Part shown: piece after piece, positions 34,725 through 45,087 of the stretch
Numbering within the stretch: the stretch's first letter is position 1
Layout: each line of letters starts with the position of its first letter
Assembly: GCA_964490395.1 (NCBI GenBank)
Contig: CAZBAS010000002.1
Span: 127,291-191,290 of the forward strand
Direction of reading: 5' to 3'
DNA length: 64,000 nucleotides
DNA from: an uncultured Candidatus Saccharibacteria bacterium
Lineage (GTDB): Bacteria; Patescibacteriota; Doudnabacteria; UBA920
Notes under the pieces: generated by a model
What the model was told of the DNA's origin: nothing
The model's input: only the letters and a program-made list of their open reading frames with translations
The model's database searches: none
Position numbers and translations under genes: made by a program

Positions 34725-36438
34725 TTATATCTACCACTCTGAGCTTCAGTTTGCGGACACCCTTCCAGGAGTCAGCAAGTAATTCTGCAGCAACATCTAC
34801 TGTGGCGCCAACATCCAGCACCTGGAGCAGATGCGGCTGACTAAAAGCAATGCCTTGCACTTGAGCGCCATCAATATCAAAACCTAACTGCACATGCTTG
34901 CTTTCCGCCCCTACACCCCGCAGCGTAGTTACCGTAGCATTTTTTATCCAAAACAGTGGCTTAGGGTTGCCTGCTCCAAACGGCGCCAGCTCTTCAAGCG
35001 TATCAAAAAAATCTAGAGTCAAGTTGCGCGGCATTAGCTCTGCATCAAGTTCGAGTACTACTTCACTCGTGCCCTCTTTGGCAATTATTTCTTCTGCATA
35101 GCGGGCTAGTTCTCTTCTAAAATTTTCAAGATCTTTTGTTTTGAGAGTGAGGCCGGCAGCTTCTTTGTGACCACCAAATTTGGTTAAATATTTGCTTGCG
35201 GCTTTCAGTGCCTCTACCACATTAAAATTCCCGTAGGTACGCGCGGAACCTGTGCACTCTTCGTCACCCTGCTCCAGTACTATAACTGGTTTACCAAACT
35301 CGCCTGAGAGCCTGCCTGCAGCAATACCCACAACTCCTTTGGGCCAATCTTTACCAGCCAGCACCAATATTTTCTGCTGCGCCTGAAACGCTGCTTGCTC
35401 ACGCGCCTCAGAAATGAGCCGCGCTGTTACATCTTGTCTTTTAAGATTGATTCGCTCCAGAACTTTTGCTGCCTGGTCTGCCACCATAGTATCTTTTGCA
35501 ACTAGTGTATCAAGTGCAATGTTGGCGTGTTCTAGTCTTCCTGCGGCGTTTATACGAGGCGCGAGTCCAAAACCTAAGGTATGAGTATCTAAACTGGATG
35601 CATTCTCCCCTTGTACATTTGCAAGCAGACTTCTGAGTCCCGGCCACTTTGTTTTTGCCAGAACCATAAGTCCATATTTTACGAATATACGGTTTTCTCC
35701 AAGGAGGCTGTGACAATCGGCAACCGTCCCAATAGCTACTAGATCCAAAAGCCACTTATCCCAGTGTTCCTGGTATTCTTCTTCTGGTATGGCTTTTAAC
35801 TTGACGACGTTCGACTTCTGACCCAAAAGTGCTCTTGCAAATTTATACGCCACCCCCACCCCGGTAATTTGCGGGTCTGGGTACCTATCTGCAGGATTTT
35901 TTGGATTGATGAGAGCGAAACTTTTAGGAGTCTCAGCGGTTATCTCGTGGTGGTCGGTTATGATAAGATCGATTTCGTTCTGAGCGCACCAGTCAGCCAC
36001 ATCGCAGGAGTTTGTACCACAGTCCACCGTTATAACCAGCTTTGCGCCATCAGCTTTTATTTTTTCAAATGCCTCTATGTTTAACCCGTACCCTTCGGTA
36101 AAACGATCGGGCACATAGCTTCCTACTTCAACCCCAAGGTATCTAAAGGTTTGCTGCAATACCGCATTGGCTGTAATGGCATCGGCATCGTAGTCACTGT
36201 ATATAACAATGCGCTCGCCTTTTTCTATGGCCTGCCACATTCTGTCCACAGCCTTCCGCATATCCTGAAAAAGGAAGGAGTCGAACTGCCCGTCATAGGT
36301 TGGATGCAAAAATTGCTGTACATGTTCTGCCGAAACCCCTCGCTGTGCAAGCAGACTCGCCAACACAGGAGGAATATCACCGTAGCCAGTAAGTGCGTCA
36401 GAAGTAGGAGTATCTTTTAATTTCCACTGTTTAGGCAT
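34714..36438 (-). CDS. recJ: Single-stranded-DNA-specific exonuclease RecJ.
   Basis: DHH motifs (DYDADAITA, ITDHH), DHHA1 domain and C-terminal OB-like domain. 574 aa. Confidence 0.85.
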   Translation of the reverse strand: MPKQWKLKDTPTSDALTGYGDIPPVLASLLAQRGVSAEHVQQFLHPTYDGQFDSFLFQDMRKAVDRMWQAIEKGERIVIYSDYDADAITANAVLQQTFRYLGVEVGSYVPDRFTEGYGLNIEAFEKIKADGAKLVITVDCGTNSCDVADWCAQNEIDLIITDHHEITAETPKSFALINPKNPADRYPDPQITGVGVAYKFARALLGQKSNVVKLKAIPEEEYQEHWDKWLLDLVAIGTVADCHSLLGENRIFVKYGLMVLAKTKWPGLRSLLANVQGENASSLDTHTLGFGLAPRINAAGRLEHANIALDTLVAKDTMVADQAAKVLERINLKRQDVTARLISEAREQAAFQAQQKILVLAGKDWPKGVVGIAAGRLSGEFGKPVIVLEQGDEECTGSARTYGNFNVVEALKAASKYLTKFGGHKEAAGLTLKTKDLENFRRELARYAEEIIAKEGTSEVVLELDAELMPRNLTLDFFDTLEELAPFGAGNPKPLFWIKNATVTTLRGVGAESKHVQLGFDIDGAQVQGIAFSQPHLLQVLDVGATVDVAAELLADSWKGVRKLKLRVVDIKAS

Positions 36439-36561
36439 ACAAAATACTTTATCCTGATATACAGATACTATACGAATCTACAGATACCTACGGATAAATG
36501 CCAAAGATGAGGATCAGTAGGTATCTGTAGATTCGTATAAATTCGTAGACCTGGATTATGT
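36439..36561. repeat. Word-palindrome singleton (CGAATCTACAGATACCTAC ... GTAGGTATCTGTAGATTCG).
   Basis: Near-perfect 19-bp inverted core with flanking TACAGATAC/TACGAAT words. Confidence 0.75.
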
Positions 36562-38163
36562 TTAGTTAAGTGCTGCAAGTAAGCTCACGGCAGTCATTTC
36601 AGGTGGCTTTTCCAGACCAAACAGTTCCAAAATAGTAGGGGCTACGTCGCTGACTGCGCCCTCGGGGACCACACCAGCAAGTGACAAATAGTTGGGTCGC
36701 TCGTCACGGATTTTGCGGAACTCGTTTGCGATGAGGATAAATGGTACTGGGTTTGTGGTGTGGTCTTTGTCTATCTCTCCTGTTTTGAGGTTTATAAGCT
36801 GTTCTATGTTACCATGGTCAGCGGTAATAATAAGCGCCGCATCTGCCTGCAGGGCTGCCTCAGCAATTCTCCCCACAGAAGCATCAAGTGAGCTTACCGC
36901 AAGTTTGCTCGCTTCAAGGTTCCCCGTATGGCCCACCATGTCGCCATTGGCATAGTTTGCCAATATAAAATTGGTGTCGCTTTTCGTAATTCTTTCTACG
37001 AGCACATCGGTAAGCACCGGAGCGGACATTTCTGGCTGGTCTGAGTAGTTATTGCTATTTGAGGGGCTGCTTACTATTTTTCGTTCCTCTCCTGGTAATA
37101 AGTCTGTTCTTCCGCAATTGAAAAACGCGGTTACGTGAGCATACTTTTCCGTTTCGGCTGCATGGAATTGCGTGTAGTTCTGTACAGACAGAAACTCTGC
37201 AAGGTTTCCCGCAAGCTCCTGGGACGCAAATGCTACTTGCACGGGCAAACCCTGCCTATACTCGGTCATGGCAGCAAAGTACATGTTCTGTAGCGGAGTA
37301 ATTTTACCAGCCAGCGGCGTTAGTGCGGTTTCCACAAAAGCCTGAGTGAGTTGCAAAGCCCGGTCTTGTCTGAAGTTAAAGAAAATAATGCCGTCACCAT
37401 CGCGCATAGTCGCTACGGGGCCGCCCGTCTCCCGCACTATAACCGTAGGCGGTACCATTTCATCGAACACGCTCCGATCGTAGTTAAATTGTACGGCCGC
37501 TTCTGCAGAAGGAGCTGTTGGACCAGCACCTTCCACCATGGCTCGGTAGGTTGTTTCGGTTTGCTCCCAGTGGCCACCGCGGTCCATAGCATAAAACCTA
37601 CCAGAAACTGTTGCAATTTCCCCTACACCTATTTCGCCTATCTTTTCCCGCAGCCGCGCAATATCTGAAAGAGCAACTTTTTCCGGAGTGTCTCTGCCGT
37701 CTAAAAATAGATGCACATATACGCGCTGCAGCCCCTGCATTTGAGCCAGTGCCAGAAGCGCGAATAAGTGATCTATGGAGCCGTGCACGCCGCCGCCACT
37801 CCCAAGACCCATTATGTGCAAAGAAGAATTATTTCGTTTTACGTGCTCACACGCACCCACAAGTGCTGAGTTCTTATAAAACTCACCAGTACCAATGGAG
37901 TTGTTTATGCGAGGCAAGTCCTGTGCCACAATTCTCCCTGCGCCAATATTTAAGTGCCCCACTTCGGAATTTCCCATTTCTCCCCATGGCAAACCAACCA
38001 GCGGACCCGAAGCCTGCAGTGTAGTGGATGGATATGCGTTCACCAGCTCATCTAAGTGAGGAGTACCGGCTAAGGAGATAGCATTACCCCTTGAGGGCGA
38101 TGCTACTCCAAAGCCATCCAGTACTATAAGCACTACTTTTTTGTATAATTTTGGTTTAAGCAT
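36562..38163 (-). CDS. gpmI: 2,3-bisphosphoglycerate-independent phosphoglycerate mutase.
   Basis: N-terminus VVLIVLDGFG. Ser-phosphatase and metal motifs. 533 aa. Confidence 0.9.
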   Translation of the reverse strand: MLKPKLYKKVVLIVLDGFGVASPSRGNAISLAGTPHLDELVNAYPSTTLQASGPLVGLPWGEMGNSEVGHLNIGAGRIVAQDLPRINNSIGTGEFYKNSALVGACEHVKRNNSSLHIMGLGSGGGVHGSIDHLFALLALAQMQGLQRVYVHLFLDGRDTPEKVALSDIARLREKIGEIGVGEIATVSGRFYAMDRGGHWEQTETTYRAMVEGAGPTAPSAEAAVQFNYDRSVFDEMVPPTVIVRETGGPVATMRDGDGIIFFNFRQDRALQLTQAFVETALTPLAGKITPLQNMYFAAMTEYRQGLPVQVAFASQELAGNLAEFLSVQNYTQFHAAETEKYAHVTAFFNCGRTDLLPGEERKIVSSPSNSNNYSDQPEMSAPVLTDVLVERITKSDTNFILANYANGDMVGHTGNLEASKLAVSSLDASVGRIAEAALQADAALIITADHGNIEQLINLKTGEIDKDHTTNPVPFILIANEFRKIRDERPNYLSLAGVVPEGAVSDVAPTILELFGLEKPPEMTAVSLLAALN

Positions 38164-38167
38164 GTAA

Positions 38168-38256
38168 GAGCTTGTTAGCTGATTAGCTAGTTAGCTTTTT
38201 AGAAAAACGTTATGGCTTTCGCTAACCAGCTAAAAAGCTAACTAGCTAAAAAGCTG
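38168..38256. repeat. Word-palindrome, family 3 (GAGCTTGTTAGCTGATTAGCTAGTTAGCTTTTTAG ... CTAACCAGCTAAAAAGCTAACTAGCTAAAAAGCTGCTC).
   Basis: Inverted AGCTAA-word arms around a 19-nt loop. Confidence 0.75.
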
Positions 38257-38258
38257 CT

Positions 38259-39509
38259 CTAGAGCTGCGCTTCTATTGCCATGAGACGGTTATACTTTGC
38301 TAGGCGCTCACCGCGGGCAAGTGAACCCATTTTCGCATAGTCAGCATTGACTGCTACTGCGAGGTCGGCAATGTAGTCGTCGTTCGTTTCACCACTGCGG
38401 TGTGAAATAACAACTTTATACTTATTCTTTTGCGCCAGCCTAATGGTGTCGAGCGTCTCAGAGAGCGAACCAATTTGGTTTACTTTTATGAGTACTGCAT
38501 TTGCCATGGTTTCGTCTATACCTTGCTGCAAACGTTCTATGTTTGTAACAAACAAGTCATCACCCACCAAAATAGTCTTTTTTCCAAGGTCTGCTGTGAG
38601 TGCTTTCCAACCAGTAAAGTCATCTTCCGCGCAACCGTCTTCTATTATTTGTAGGCTATATTTTTCAAACCACTGTTTGTACAAACTTGCTATGGTTTTT
38701 GGAGTGTATTTTTTGCCCGATGCAGTAACGTTGTACGTGCCAGTTTTTGCATCGAAAAATTCACTAGAAGCAGCATCTATGCCCATGGCAAAATCCTTAC
38801 CGAGCGCATATCCAGTATCTTTAATAGCCTGGGACAGTACTTCAAATGCCTTTTCGTTTTTACCCAAGTGCGGAGCAAATCCACCTTCATCACCAATGCT
38901 TACGGTAAGTTTTTTGGCAGATAGATTCTTCTTAAGCTGTTGGTAGACTTCTGCACCCATGCGAAGGCGTTCGGAGAACTTACCGCGCTGAGGAATAATG
39001 AAAAACTCTTGGATGTCTAAACCAGAATCTGCATGTGCACCGCCGTTGATTACGTTGAACAATGGCACGGGCATTTTCCCTGGTTTGTAACCATAGGTCT
39101 TTGCCAAATACTGATACAATTCCAGACCTTGCAACCTTGCGGCCAAACGACTTGCAGCCAGTGATACTGATAGAATACTATTGGCACCAAGTTTGGCTTT
39201 GTTTGGGGTACCGTCCATGGCCAACATAACGCCGTCTATGGACTTCTGATCTACAGGATTCATACCTACTACTTTTTTTGCTATAGCGCTCTTTACATTT
39301 TTGCATGCAGTAAGCACACCTTTTCCGCCATAGCGTTTTTTATCGCCATCACGCAGTTCCAGAGCTTCGTGAATTCCTGTAGATGCTCCACTTGGTACAC
39401 TTGCAGAAGCAGAGACGCTACCCGCCCACACCGTAGTTTCGATGGTTGGATTACCACGGCTGTCCAATACTTCTCGCGCTTGAATTTTAGTAATAGTACT
39501 GTTTTTCAT
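38259..39509 (-). CDS. eno: Enolase.
   Basis: Full-length conserved enolase (SIGDEGGFAP, KVNQIGS). 416 aa. Confidence 0.95.
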   Translation of the reverse strand: MKNSTITKIQAREVLDSRGNPTIETTVWAGSVSASASVPSGASTGIHEALELRDGDKKRYGGKGVLTACKNVKSAIAKKVVGMNPVDQKSIDGVMLAMDGTPNKAKLGANSILSVSLAASRLAARLQGLELYQYLAKTYGYKPGKMPVPLFNVINGGAHADSGLDIQEFFIIPQRGKFSERLRMGAEVYQQLKKNLSAKKLTVSIGDEGGFAPHLGKNEKAFEVLSQAIKDTGYALGKDFAMGIDAASSEFFDAKTGTYNVTASGKKYTPKTIASLYKQWFEKYSLQIIEDGCAEDDFTGWKALTADLGKKTILVGDDLFVTNIERLQQGIDETMANAVLIKVNQIGSLSETLDTIRLAQKNKYKVVISHRSGETNDDYIADLAVAVNADYAKMGSLARGERLAKYNRLMAIEAQL

Positions 39510-39555
39510 ATCAGTTTCTTATGAATTACTTGCTTATGTATTATACCTTACCGAA

Positions 39556-39582
39556 CAAAAAAAGCCACCCAATGGAGTGGCT
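39556..39582 (-). terminator. Rho-independent terminator downstream of pgk (hairpin AGCCACTCCATTGGGTGGCT + T7 on the minus strand).
   Basis: Stem 39563-39582, followed on the minus strand by TTTTTTT at 39556-39562. Confidence 0.65.
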
Positions 39583-39594
39583 GCATATGAATAT

Positions 39595-40833
39595 TTATTT
39601 TGTCGCTTGCTTTTCGAGTGCTTCAATTCCCGGGAGCTTGCTACCAGCCAAGTACTCCAGTGTAGCACCGCCGCCGGTAGAAAGGTGGTCAATGTAATCT
39701 GCTTGGTGGGCCTGACGAACTGCATCCACTGTTTCGCCGCCACCCACCACCGTATAGGCCCTACCTTTGCCTACAGAGCCTACAATGCGCGCGAGCGCCA
39801 TAGTGCTGTGGTGAAATGGTTTTGTTTCAAAGAAGCCAAGGGGCCCGTTCCAGACTATGGTTTTTGCTTGCTTTAGTACTTTTGCAAACGCCAGAATGGT
39901 CTTAGGACCTGCATCCAGAATGAGCTCGTTCTTCTTTACCTCATGAGGAGCACACGTGCGTATGGAGGTTTTTTCAAGTTTTGCATTTGCCACCACCACA
40001 TCGAGGGGTAGAATAATTTTACCTTTGAAATTCTTTTCCATTTGCCAGGCCAGCTTTACCGAATCGTGCTCTGCCTTGGATTTACCTATCTCATACCCCT
40101 TAGAAGCAAAAAATAAGTTGGCGAGACCACCTCCGATAAGCAACGTATCAGCCTTCTTGCCAAGATGATTTAGAGTCTTAATTTTATCCGATATTTTCGC
40201 CCCACCCATCATAACAACAAAAGGATGTTTTGGTTGTTGCATGACACGATCAAGCAGTTGTATTTCTCGCTCCAACTGAAGCCCTGCATATGCAGGCAAA
40301 TACTTCGTTATCGCAACCACAGACGCCTCCTTTCTATGATCCATCGCAAATGATTCGTTTACATAGACATCCGCCAGTTCGGCCAGCTTTTTGGCAAAGA
40401 AGCTATTATTTTCATCATTTTCTTTGTAGAATCGGATATTCTCCAAAAGAATAATGTTGTGCGGCGAAGCTTCGGCAATTGAATGACGAACTTTTTCTTG
40501 ATTCAAATCACCGTTACAAAACACTAGCTGATTTACGGCTGACTGCGGAAACTCGCAGTCGGTACAATAAAACTTTAATTTCAACAGCTCAGCTAAACGC
40601 TGCGCCACGGGACGCAAAGAATACTTTTCATCCCATTTCCCTTGAGGTCGACCCAAATGGCCAAAAAGAATAATTTTACATTTTTGCTTCAATAAATAGT
40701 CGATTGTCGGAATGAGCGAAACCAGCCGAAAATTATCAGCCACAACTCCGCCAGCGAGGGGAACATCTACATTGACCCGTACCAACACCGTCTTACCATT
40801 TATATTTGCGCCTTTGAGGTTTTTTATCGCCAT
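39595..40833 (-). CDS. pgk: Phosphoglycerate kinase.
   Basis: Conserved PGK N- and C-domains (RVNVDVP, GGGA hinge). 412 aa. Confidence 0.9.
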   Translation of the reverse strand: MAIKNLKGANINGKTVLVRVNVDVPLAGGVVADNFRLVSLIPTIDYLLKQKCKIILFGHLGRPQGKWDEKYSLRPVAQRLAELLKLKFYCTDCEFPQSAVNQLVFCNGDLNQEKVRHSIAEASPHNIILLENIRFYKENDENNSFFAKKLAELADVYVNESFAMDHRKEASVVAITKYLPAYAGLQLEREIQLLDRVMQQPKHPFVVMMGGAKISDKIKTLNHLGKKADTLLIGGGLANLFFASKGYEIGKSKAEHDSVKLAWQMEKNFKGKIILPLDVVVANAKLEKTSIRTCAPHEVKKNELILDAGPKTILAFAKVLKQAKTIVWNGPLGFFETKPFHHSTMALARIVGSVGKGRAYTVVGGGETVDAVRQAHQADYIDHLSTGGGATLEYLAGSKLPGIEALEKQATK

Positions 40834-40893
40834 ATAGCTTTTTTGAGTTTTACAACCTCCAAAGCAATGAGCTTTTAAGGTATAAAGTCATTT

Positions 40894-41919
40894 TTATTTT
40901 TTTCCTACCAAAATAGCTTGTTCCACTAGTCGATTGCTGTAGCCAAACTCGTTGTCATACCACGCAACAACTTTTACAAAGTTACCGTCTATAACTTGAG
41001 TAAGGGAAAGGTCCACAATGCAGCTAGCGGGGTTGCCAATAATGTCAGATGACACAATTTGCTCATTGGTTACCTCCAGTATGCCTTTATACATGGGAGT
41101 CTCGGAAGCGCTGGTAAATGCAGCATTTATTTCTTCTTTGGTAGTTGCTTTGCCAAGGAGCAGCGTAAAGTCGGAAAGACTTCCTACCGGAGTAGGTACG
41201 CGGAAGGCAAGGCCATCAAACTTACCTTTTAAGTCTGGTATGGCCTGCGTAGCGGAAATAGCAGCACCAGTAGTAGTAGGAATTATGTTTGCAGCAGCAG
41301 CGCGGGCACGGCGAAGATCGTTACTCTTTCCGCCTGGAGGTGGGCCATCTATTAAATTCTGCTCAGCGGTATAGCTATGAATGGTAGTCATGAATGCTTT
41401 TTCTATACCAAACTTACCATGCAGCACAGACATAACTGGAGTTATACAGTTAGTGGTGCACGAAGCATTGCTTATAATGGGCTGGCCAGTGTAGTCATCT
41501 GGGTTTACGCCAAGCACAATGGTAGGGGTAATGCCTTCGTCCTTTGCAGGGGCAGAGATAACCACATGACGGGCGCCAGCAGTTATGTGCGCGCCTGCTT
41601 TTTCACTGTCAGTAAAGCGGCCAGTAGATTCTATAACAACATCTACCTCGAGAGACTTCCACGGAAGGCTAGCCGGGTCTTTCTCCGCTAGCACTGGAAA
41701 CTTAACGCCATCTACAATGACATTTTTTTCGTCATGCGTAACGCTGCGATGATAGTTCTTATAGTTAGTATCGTATTTCAGTAAATGAGCCAGCACTTCT
41801 GGGCTGGTTAAATCGTTTATTGCCACTACTTCCAATTCCTGTTTTTCTAAGGCCAGTTTAAAAGCCTGACGACCGATGCGGCCAAAGCCGTTGATAGCTA
41901 CCTTTATCTTTTTATCCAT
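40894..41919 (-). CDS. gap: Type I glyceraldehyde-3-phosphate dehydrogenase.
   Basis: NGFGRIGR and SNASCTTNC active-site motifs. 341 aa. Confidence 0.9.
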   Translation of the reverse strand: MDKKIKVAINGFGRIGRQAFKLALEKQELEVVAINDLTSPEVLAHLLKYDTNYKNYHRSVTHDEKNVIVDGVKFPVLAEKDPASLPWKSLEVDVVIESTGRFTDSEKAGAHITAGARHVVISAPAKDEGITPTIVLGVNPDDYTGQPIISNASCTTNCITPVMSVLHGKFGIEKAFMTTIHSYTAEQNLIDGPPPGGKSNDLRRARAAAANIIPTTTGAAISATQAIPDLKGKFDGLAFRVPTPVGSLSDFTLLLGKATTKEEINAAFTSASETPMYKGILEVTNEQIVSSDIIGNPASCIVDLSLTQVIDGNFVKVVAWYDNEFGYSNRLVEQAILVGKK

Positions 41920-41935
41920 ATTTTTTACTTAATTA

Positions 41936-42232
41936 TTAATGTAACGAGGAAATTAAACTAAGCAGTGTCCACAATACTACCAGTATCGAGCCAACTCCCA
42001 GCACTATACCCCATACCGCGTATTGTTTTGCATGCGCATATGAACGTTCGCGCAGTATGCCAACAAAGCCTAAGAGTATCGCCATGAGCCCCAATGGAGC
42101 ATACCAACTCGTTGCGGCGTTTGGCAAATACCTTGGCCAAATTGCGTCCATCCAAATAATAACCGAGACCACGCCAAAGGCAAAACTGAGCTTACTAAAC
42201 ACAATAGAGGCGGGTGTTAGAGGTTCAGGCAT
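41936..42232 (-). CDS. Small membrane protein (3 TM), hypothetical.
   Basis: ORF with three hydrophobic helices. Confidence 0.35.
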   Translation of the reverse strand: MPEPLTPASIVFSKLSFAFGVVSVIIWMDAIWPRYLPNAATSWYAPLGLMAILLGFVGILRERSYAHAKQYAVWGIVLGVGSILVVLWTLLSLISSLH

Positions 42233-42242
42233 AGACAGTAAT

Positions 42243-42518
42243 TTATTCGACCCCCTCAGCCGATGCGTTAGAAGTAAATTGAGAAAATTGATGCACCTTT
42301 GTGTGCTTCACTGTTTTACCATGATCGGGAAATTCCACATAATCCGCCGAGACGAACAGCTGGGCTCGCCAAAATAACACGGACCCAAGGGCAAAAATGC
42401 CAACCACAACAACCAGGTACATTCGAAACCGTGGGTTTGCGTCGTGTATTAATGATCCGGTTAATCCTTCGCTAAACATATGTTGGAAAAGCAATAGGCA
42501 GGTAAGCAGTAGGCGCAT
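42243..42518 (-). CDS. Small membrane protein (2-3 TM), hypothetical.
   Basis: ORF with hydrophobic helices. Confidence 0.3.
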   Translation of the reverse strand: MRLLLTCLLLFQHMFSEGLTGSLIHDANPRFRMYLVVVVGIFALGSVLFWRAQLFVSADYVEFPDHGKTVKHTKVHQFSQFTSNASAEGVE

Positions 42519-42546
42519 ACTGGCAAGAGACCTACTGCTTATTGCT

Positions 42547-43422
42547 TTACTGTATACTGCTAATTACATTTTTTGTGCCAAATTGTTTTAATTTTTTCTC
42601 AGCCACTATTTTTACTGCCTCAATTACGGGCTTCATAATGTGGCGCGGATCCACCTCTTCAGGTTGGTCAGTCAGTGACTTGCGAAGTGCATCGCTATAG
42701 GCTATGCGCAGTTCTGTATCTATGTTTATTATAGCAATTCCATTTTTAATTGCTTCGGCTGTTACATTTTCATCCACTCCGCTTGCCCCATGGAGCACTA
42801 ACGGTATATTTACTTTTTCGTGAATCTGGCCAATGCGCTTTATATCTACCTGCGGTGTTACTCCGCCACGAATTTTAATAATGCCGTGCACCGTACCTAC
42901 GGCGCTCGCTAACGTGTCCACACCTGTTGCTTGGTAAAACTTAAAGGCGTCTTCAGGGTCAGTGAGCAGTGCCTCGGCATCAGTAACATTTACCCAGTCT
43001 TCATTACCGCGGATCTTCCCAATTTCACCTTGCACCCAAGCCCCATGAGCATGTGCAAAGTCCACCATGGCTTTGGTATCACGCACATTTTCGTCATAGC
43101 TTAACCCAGAATGGTCTATCATGACACTTGAAAAACCAAGCTCTATACCACGCTTGAGCTGGTCCATGTCTTTACCATGGTCCATATGGAGCGCAACTGG
43201 TACCTTGGCGCTTTGTGCAAGTGTAGCCATTATCTCGTACAACGTGGTCAGTCCCGCAAATTTAATAGCCCCTTCCGATACTTCCATTATGACCGGAGCA
43301 TTCAGCTCTTCGGCAGCAGCAATAATACCCTGCGTTATTTCCAAGTTCATGGTATTAAACGCAGGATAGGCAAACCGGCCAACGATATTTTCCTTAAATA
43401 ATTCTTTTATGTGTACGAGCAT
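42547..43422 (-). CDS. fba: Class II fructose-bisphosphate aldolase (ketose-bisphosphate aldolase family).
   Basis: Zn and phosphate-binding motifs of class II FBA (PVALHMDHG, LHGASG). 291 aa. Confidence 0.85.
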   Translation of the reverse strand: MLVHIKELFKENIVGRFAYPAFNTMNLEITQGIIAAAEELNAPVIMEVSEGAIKFAGLTTLYEIMATLAQSAKVPVALHMDHGKDMDQLKRGIELGFSSVMIDHSGLSYDENVRDTKAMVDFAHAHGAWVQGEIGKIRGNEDWVNVTDAEALLTDPEDAFKFYQATGVDTLASAVGTVHGIIKIRGGVTPQVDIKRIGQIHEKVNIPLVLHGASGVDENVTAEAIKNGIAIINIDTELRIAYSDALRKSLTDQPEEVDPRHIMKPVIEAVKIVAEKKLKQFGTKNVISSIQ

Positions 43423-43426
43423 ACGC

Positions 43427-43514
43427 AGCTTTTTAGCTTTTTAGCTACTTAGCTTTTTAGCAAGTCAGAAATTATTCCTAACAAGCTAAGTAGCTAACTA
43501 GCTACAAGCTAGGT
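43427..43514. repeat. Word-palindrome, family 3 (AGCTTTTTAGCTTTTTAGCTACTTAGCTTTTTAGCAAG ... CTAACAAGCTAAGTAGCTAACTAGCTACAAGCTAG).
   Basis: Inverted AGCTAA-word arms around the loop TCAGAAATTATTC. Confidence 0.75.
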
Positions 43515-44539
43515 TAGTCTTTCTTTTTTGCGACCAGTTTCAAAATTTTCTCTTTCGTTTTCAAGTCGGCAATATGCACTGCACGGAAAGACTTGAGTTT
43601 GCGCAGGTGTGATTCCAGCTGGGAATGCGTGAGCAAACCCTGAATTGGCCCAACGTACTGGACCACACTCCCCGCGTTCACTGGGCCCCAGGCGAGCGCC
43701 TCTGCGTGAGTCTTACCATATGCAAGCGCAGCTATGTACGCAGTAGTAAAACTATCTCCCGCGCCAGTAGCTTCAAGACGTGGCCCTGGATACTCAGGTA
43801 TATAGTAGAAACCTTCATCTGAATGAGAGTACGCGCCCCTGCGCCCATCGGTCAATACCACAGCTTTTGGCCCAAGTGTACGTAGCGCTTTACACAGTTC
43901 TTCTGGGTCTCGGCCATGTTCTCCCATCCACCGCTGCGCTTCTTCCACGTTTACCGATAACACATCGGTACGTTCGAGCATGGGCTTATTAACCTTTATC
44001 CCTGCTTTAAGCTGATAGGTACCCGGGTTAAAACCAAGTCGTACCTTGTTGGCATCTAAATACTCCGCAAGCGGTTTATATATTTTCTCAAAACCCTCAG
44101 GCATGCTGGTTAAATATACCCACTTACTTGCTGCAAGCTTTGGGAAATGGTAATGACGGTGTTCGTGGTATACAAAAATAGTCCGTTCACCTCCATGGGA
44201 GAGTACGGTATGGTAGTTTGTGCCGTGCTGTGTATCAAAGTGGATATACTCGGTAGACACTCCCTCTTTAGTCATACGGTGCTTTATTTCACGACCGCCT
44301 ACATCATCACCCACTATGCAGAAATACGCAGCTTTGAGACCCAAACGAGAGGACCCTATGGCATTGTTGGAAGCATTGCCAGCGACGCTCTTATAAAACT
44401 TTTGCACGGGCAATTTGTCGCCCCAGTTTATTATGGCTTTCAGCTCTTTGCCAATTTTCTTAACCTCAATGTCATCTACAAATAAAAAACTGTCTATGAC
44501 CGGATCTCCAATTGATATAATGTCGTACTTGGTTTTCAT
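43514..44539 (-). CDS. PfkB family carbohydrate kinase; in this gene context a candidate phosphofructokinase.
   Basis: Ribokinase-fold motifs (GGAGNASNNA-like N-terminal GG region, C-terminal GAGDSF anion hole). Confidence 0.65.
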   Translation of the reverse strand: MKTKYDIISIGDPVIDSFLFVDDIEVKKIGKELKAIINWGDKLPVQKFYKSVAGNASNNAIGSSRLGLKAAYFCIVGDDVGGREIKHRMTKEGVSTEYIHFDTQHGTNYHTVLSHGGERTIFVYHEHRHYHFPKLAASKWVYLTSMPEGFEKIYKPLAEYLDANKVRLGFNPGTYQLKAGIKVNKPMLERTDVLSVNVEEAQRWMGEHGRDPEELCKALRTLGPKAVVLTDGRRGAYSHSDEGFYYIPEYPGPRLEATGAGDSFTTAYIAALAYGKTHAEALAWGPVNAGSVVQYVGPIQGLLTHSQLESHLRKLKSFRAVHIADLKTKEKILKLVAKKKD

Positions 44540-44581
44540 GATTTTCTCTTAAAGATACTTATAGTTTTTAACACAATCCTA

Positions 44582-45070
44582 CTAGCCATCATCTTTACTC
44601 AATTCAGATGTAAACCTTGTTTCAATGAGGCTCTCTGGACCAAAGCCATACTTCTCAGTAAACCAAATGGTTTTTGCGGGATTATCCACCTGTTCAAGCT
44701 GCGCTTCATACTTAGCAATGTCATGGTACTTAGTTCTATCGTCACCGTCACGCTCAATGAGCACTTCGCCATTAATATAATCAGCGTCCAAATACCTGAG
44801 AGATTCTAATGCTTGCTCGTCCGGAACACCAGCAGCACGTAACTGGTTTGGTTGCGTAAGGCCATCATTTTTTTGGTAAAGCTCGTACATTCTTTGTTTT
44901 GCGAACTCTCGAGCAAGAGGCGTAGCCGGGCCTTCCTGATCTAAAGCGGCCCAGTCCAAGTACAATTGTCTCAACTTATGCACAACCTCTTTTTTCTTTG
45001 CCCACTCCTTTTCAAATTCCTGTTGATAATCTACCCCTGAGAATGGATGGCCCGACATTTCTCTAACCAT
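44582..45070 (-). CDS. Hypothetical protein (162 aa).
   Basis: ORF only. Confidence 0.4.
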   Translation of the reverse strand: MVREMSGHPFSGVDYQQEFEKEWAKKKEVVHKLRQLYLDWAALDQEGPATPLAREFAKQRMYELYQKNDGLTQPNQLRAAGVPDEQALESLRYLDADYINGEVLIERDGDDRTKYHDIAKYEAQLEQVDNPAKTIWFTEKYGFGPESLIETRFTSELSKDDG

Positions 45071-45087
45071 ATAATTACGCTGAGGGA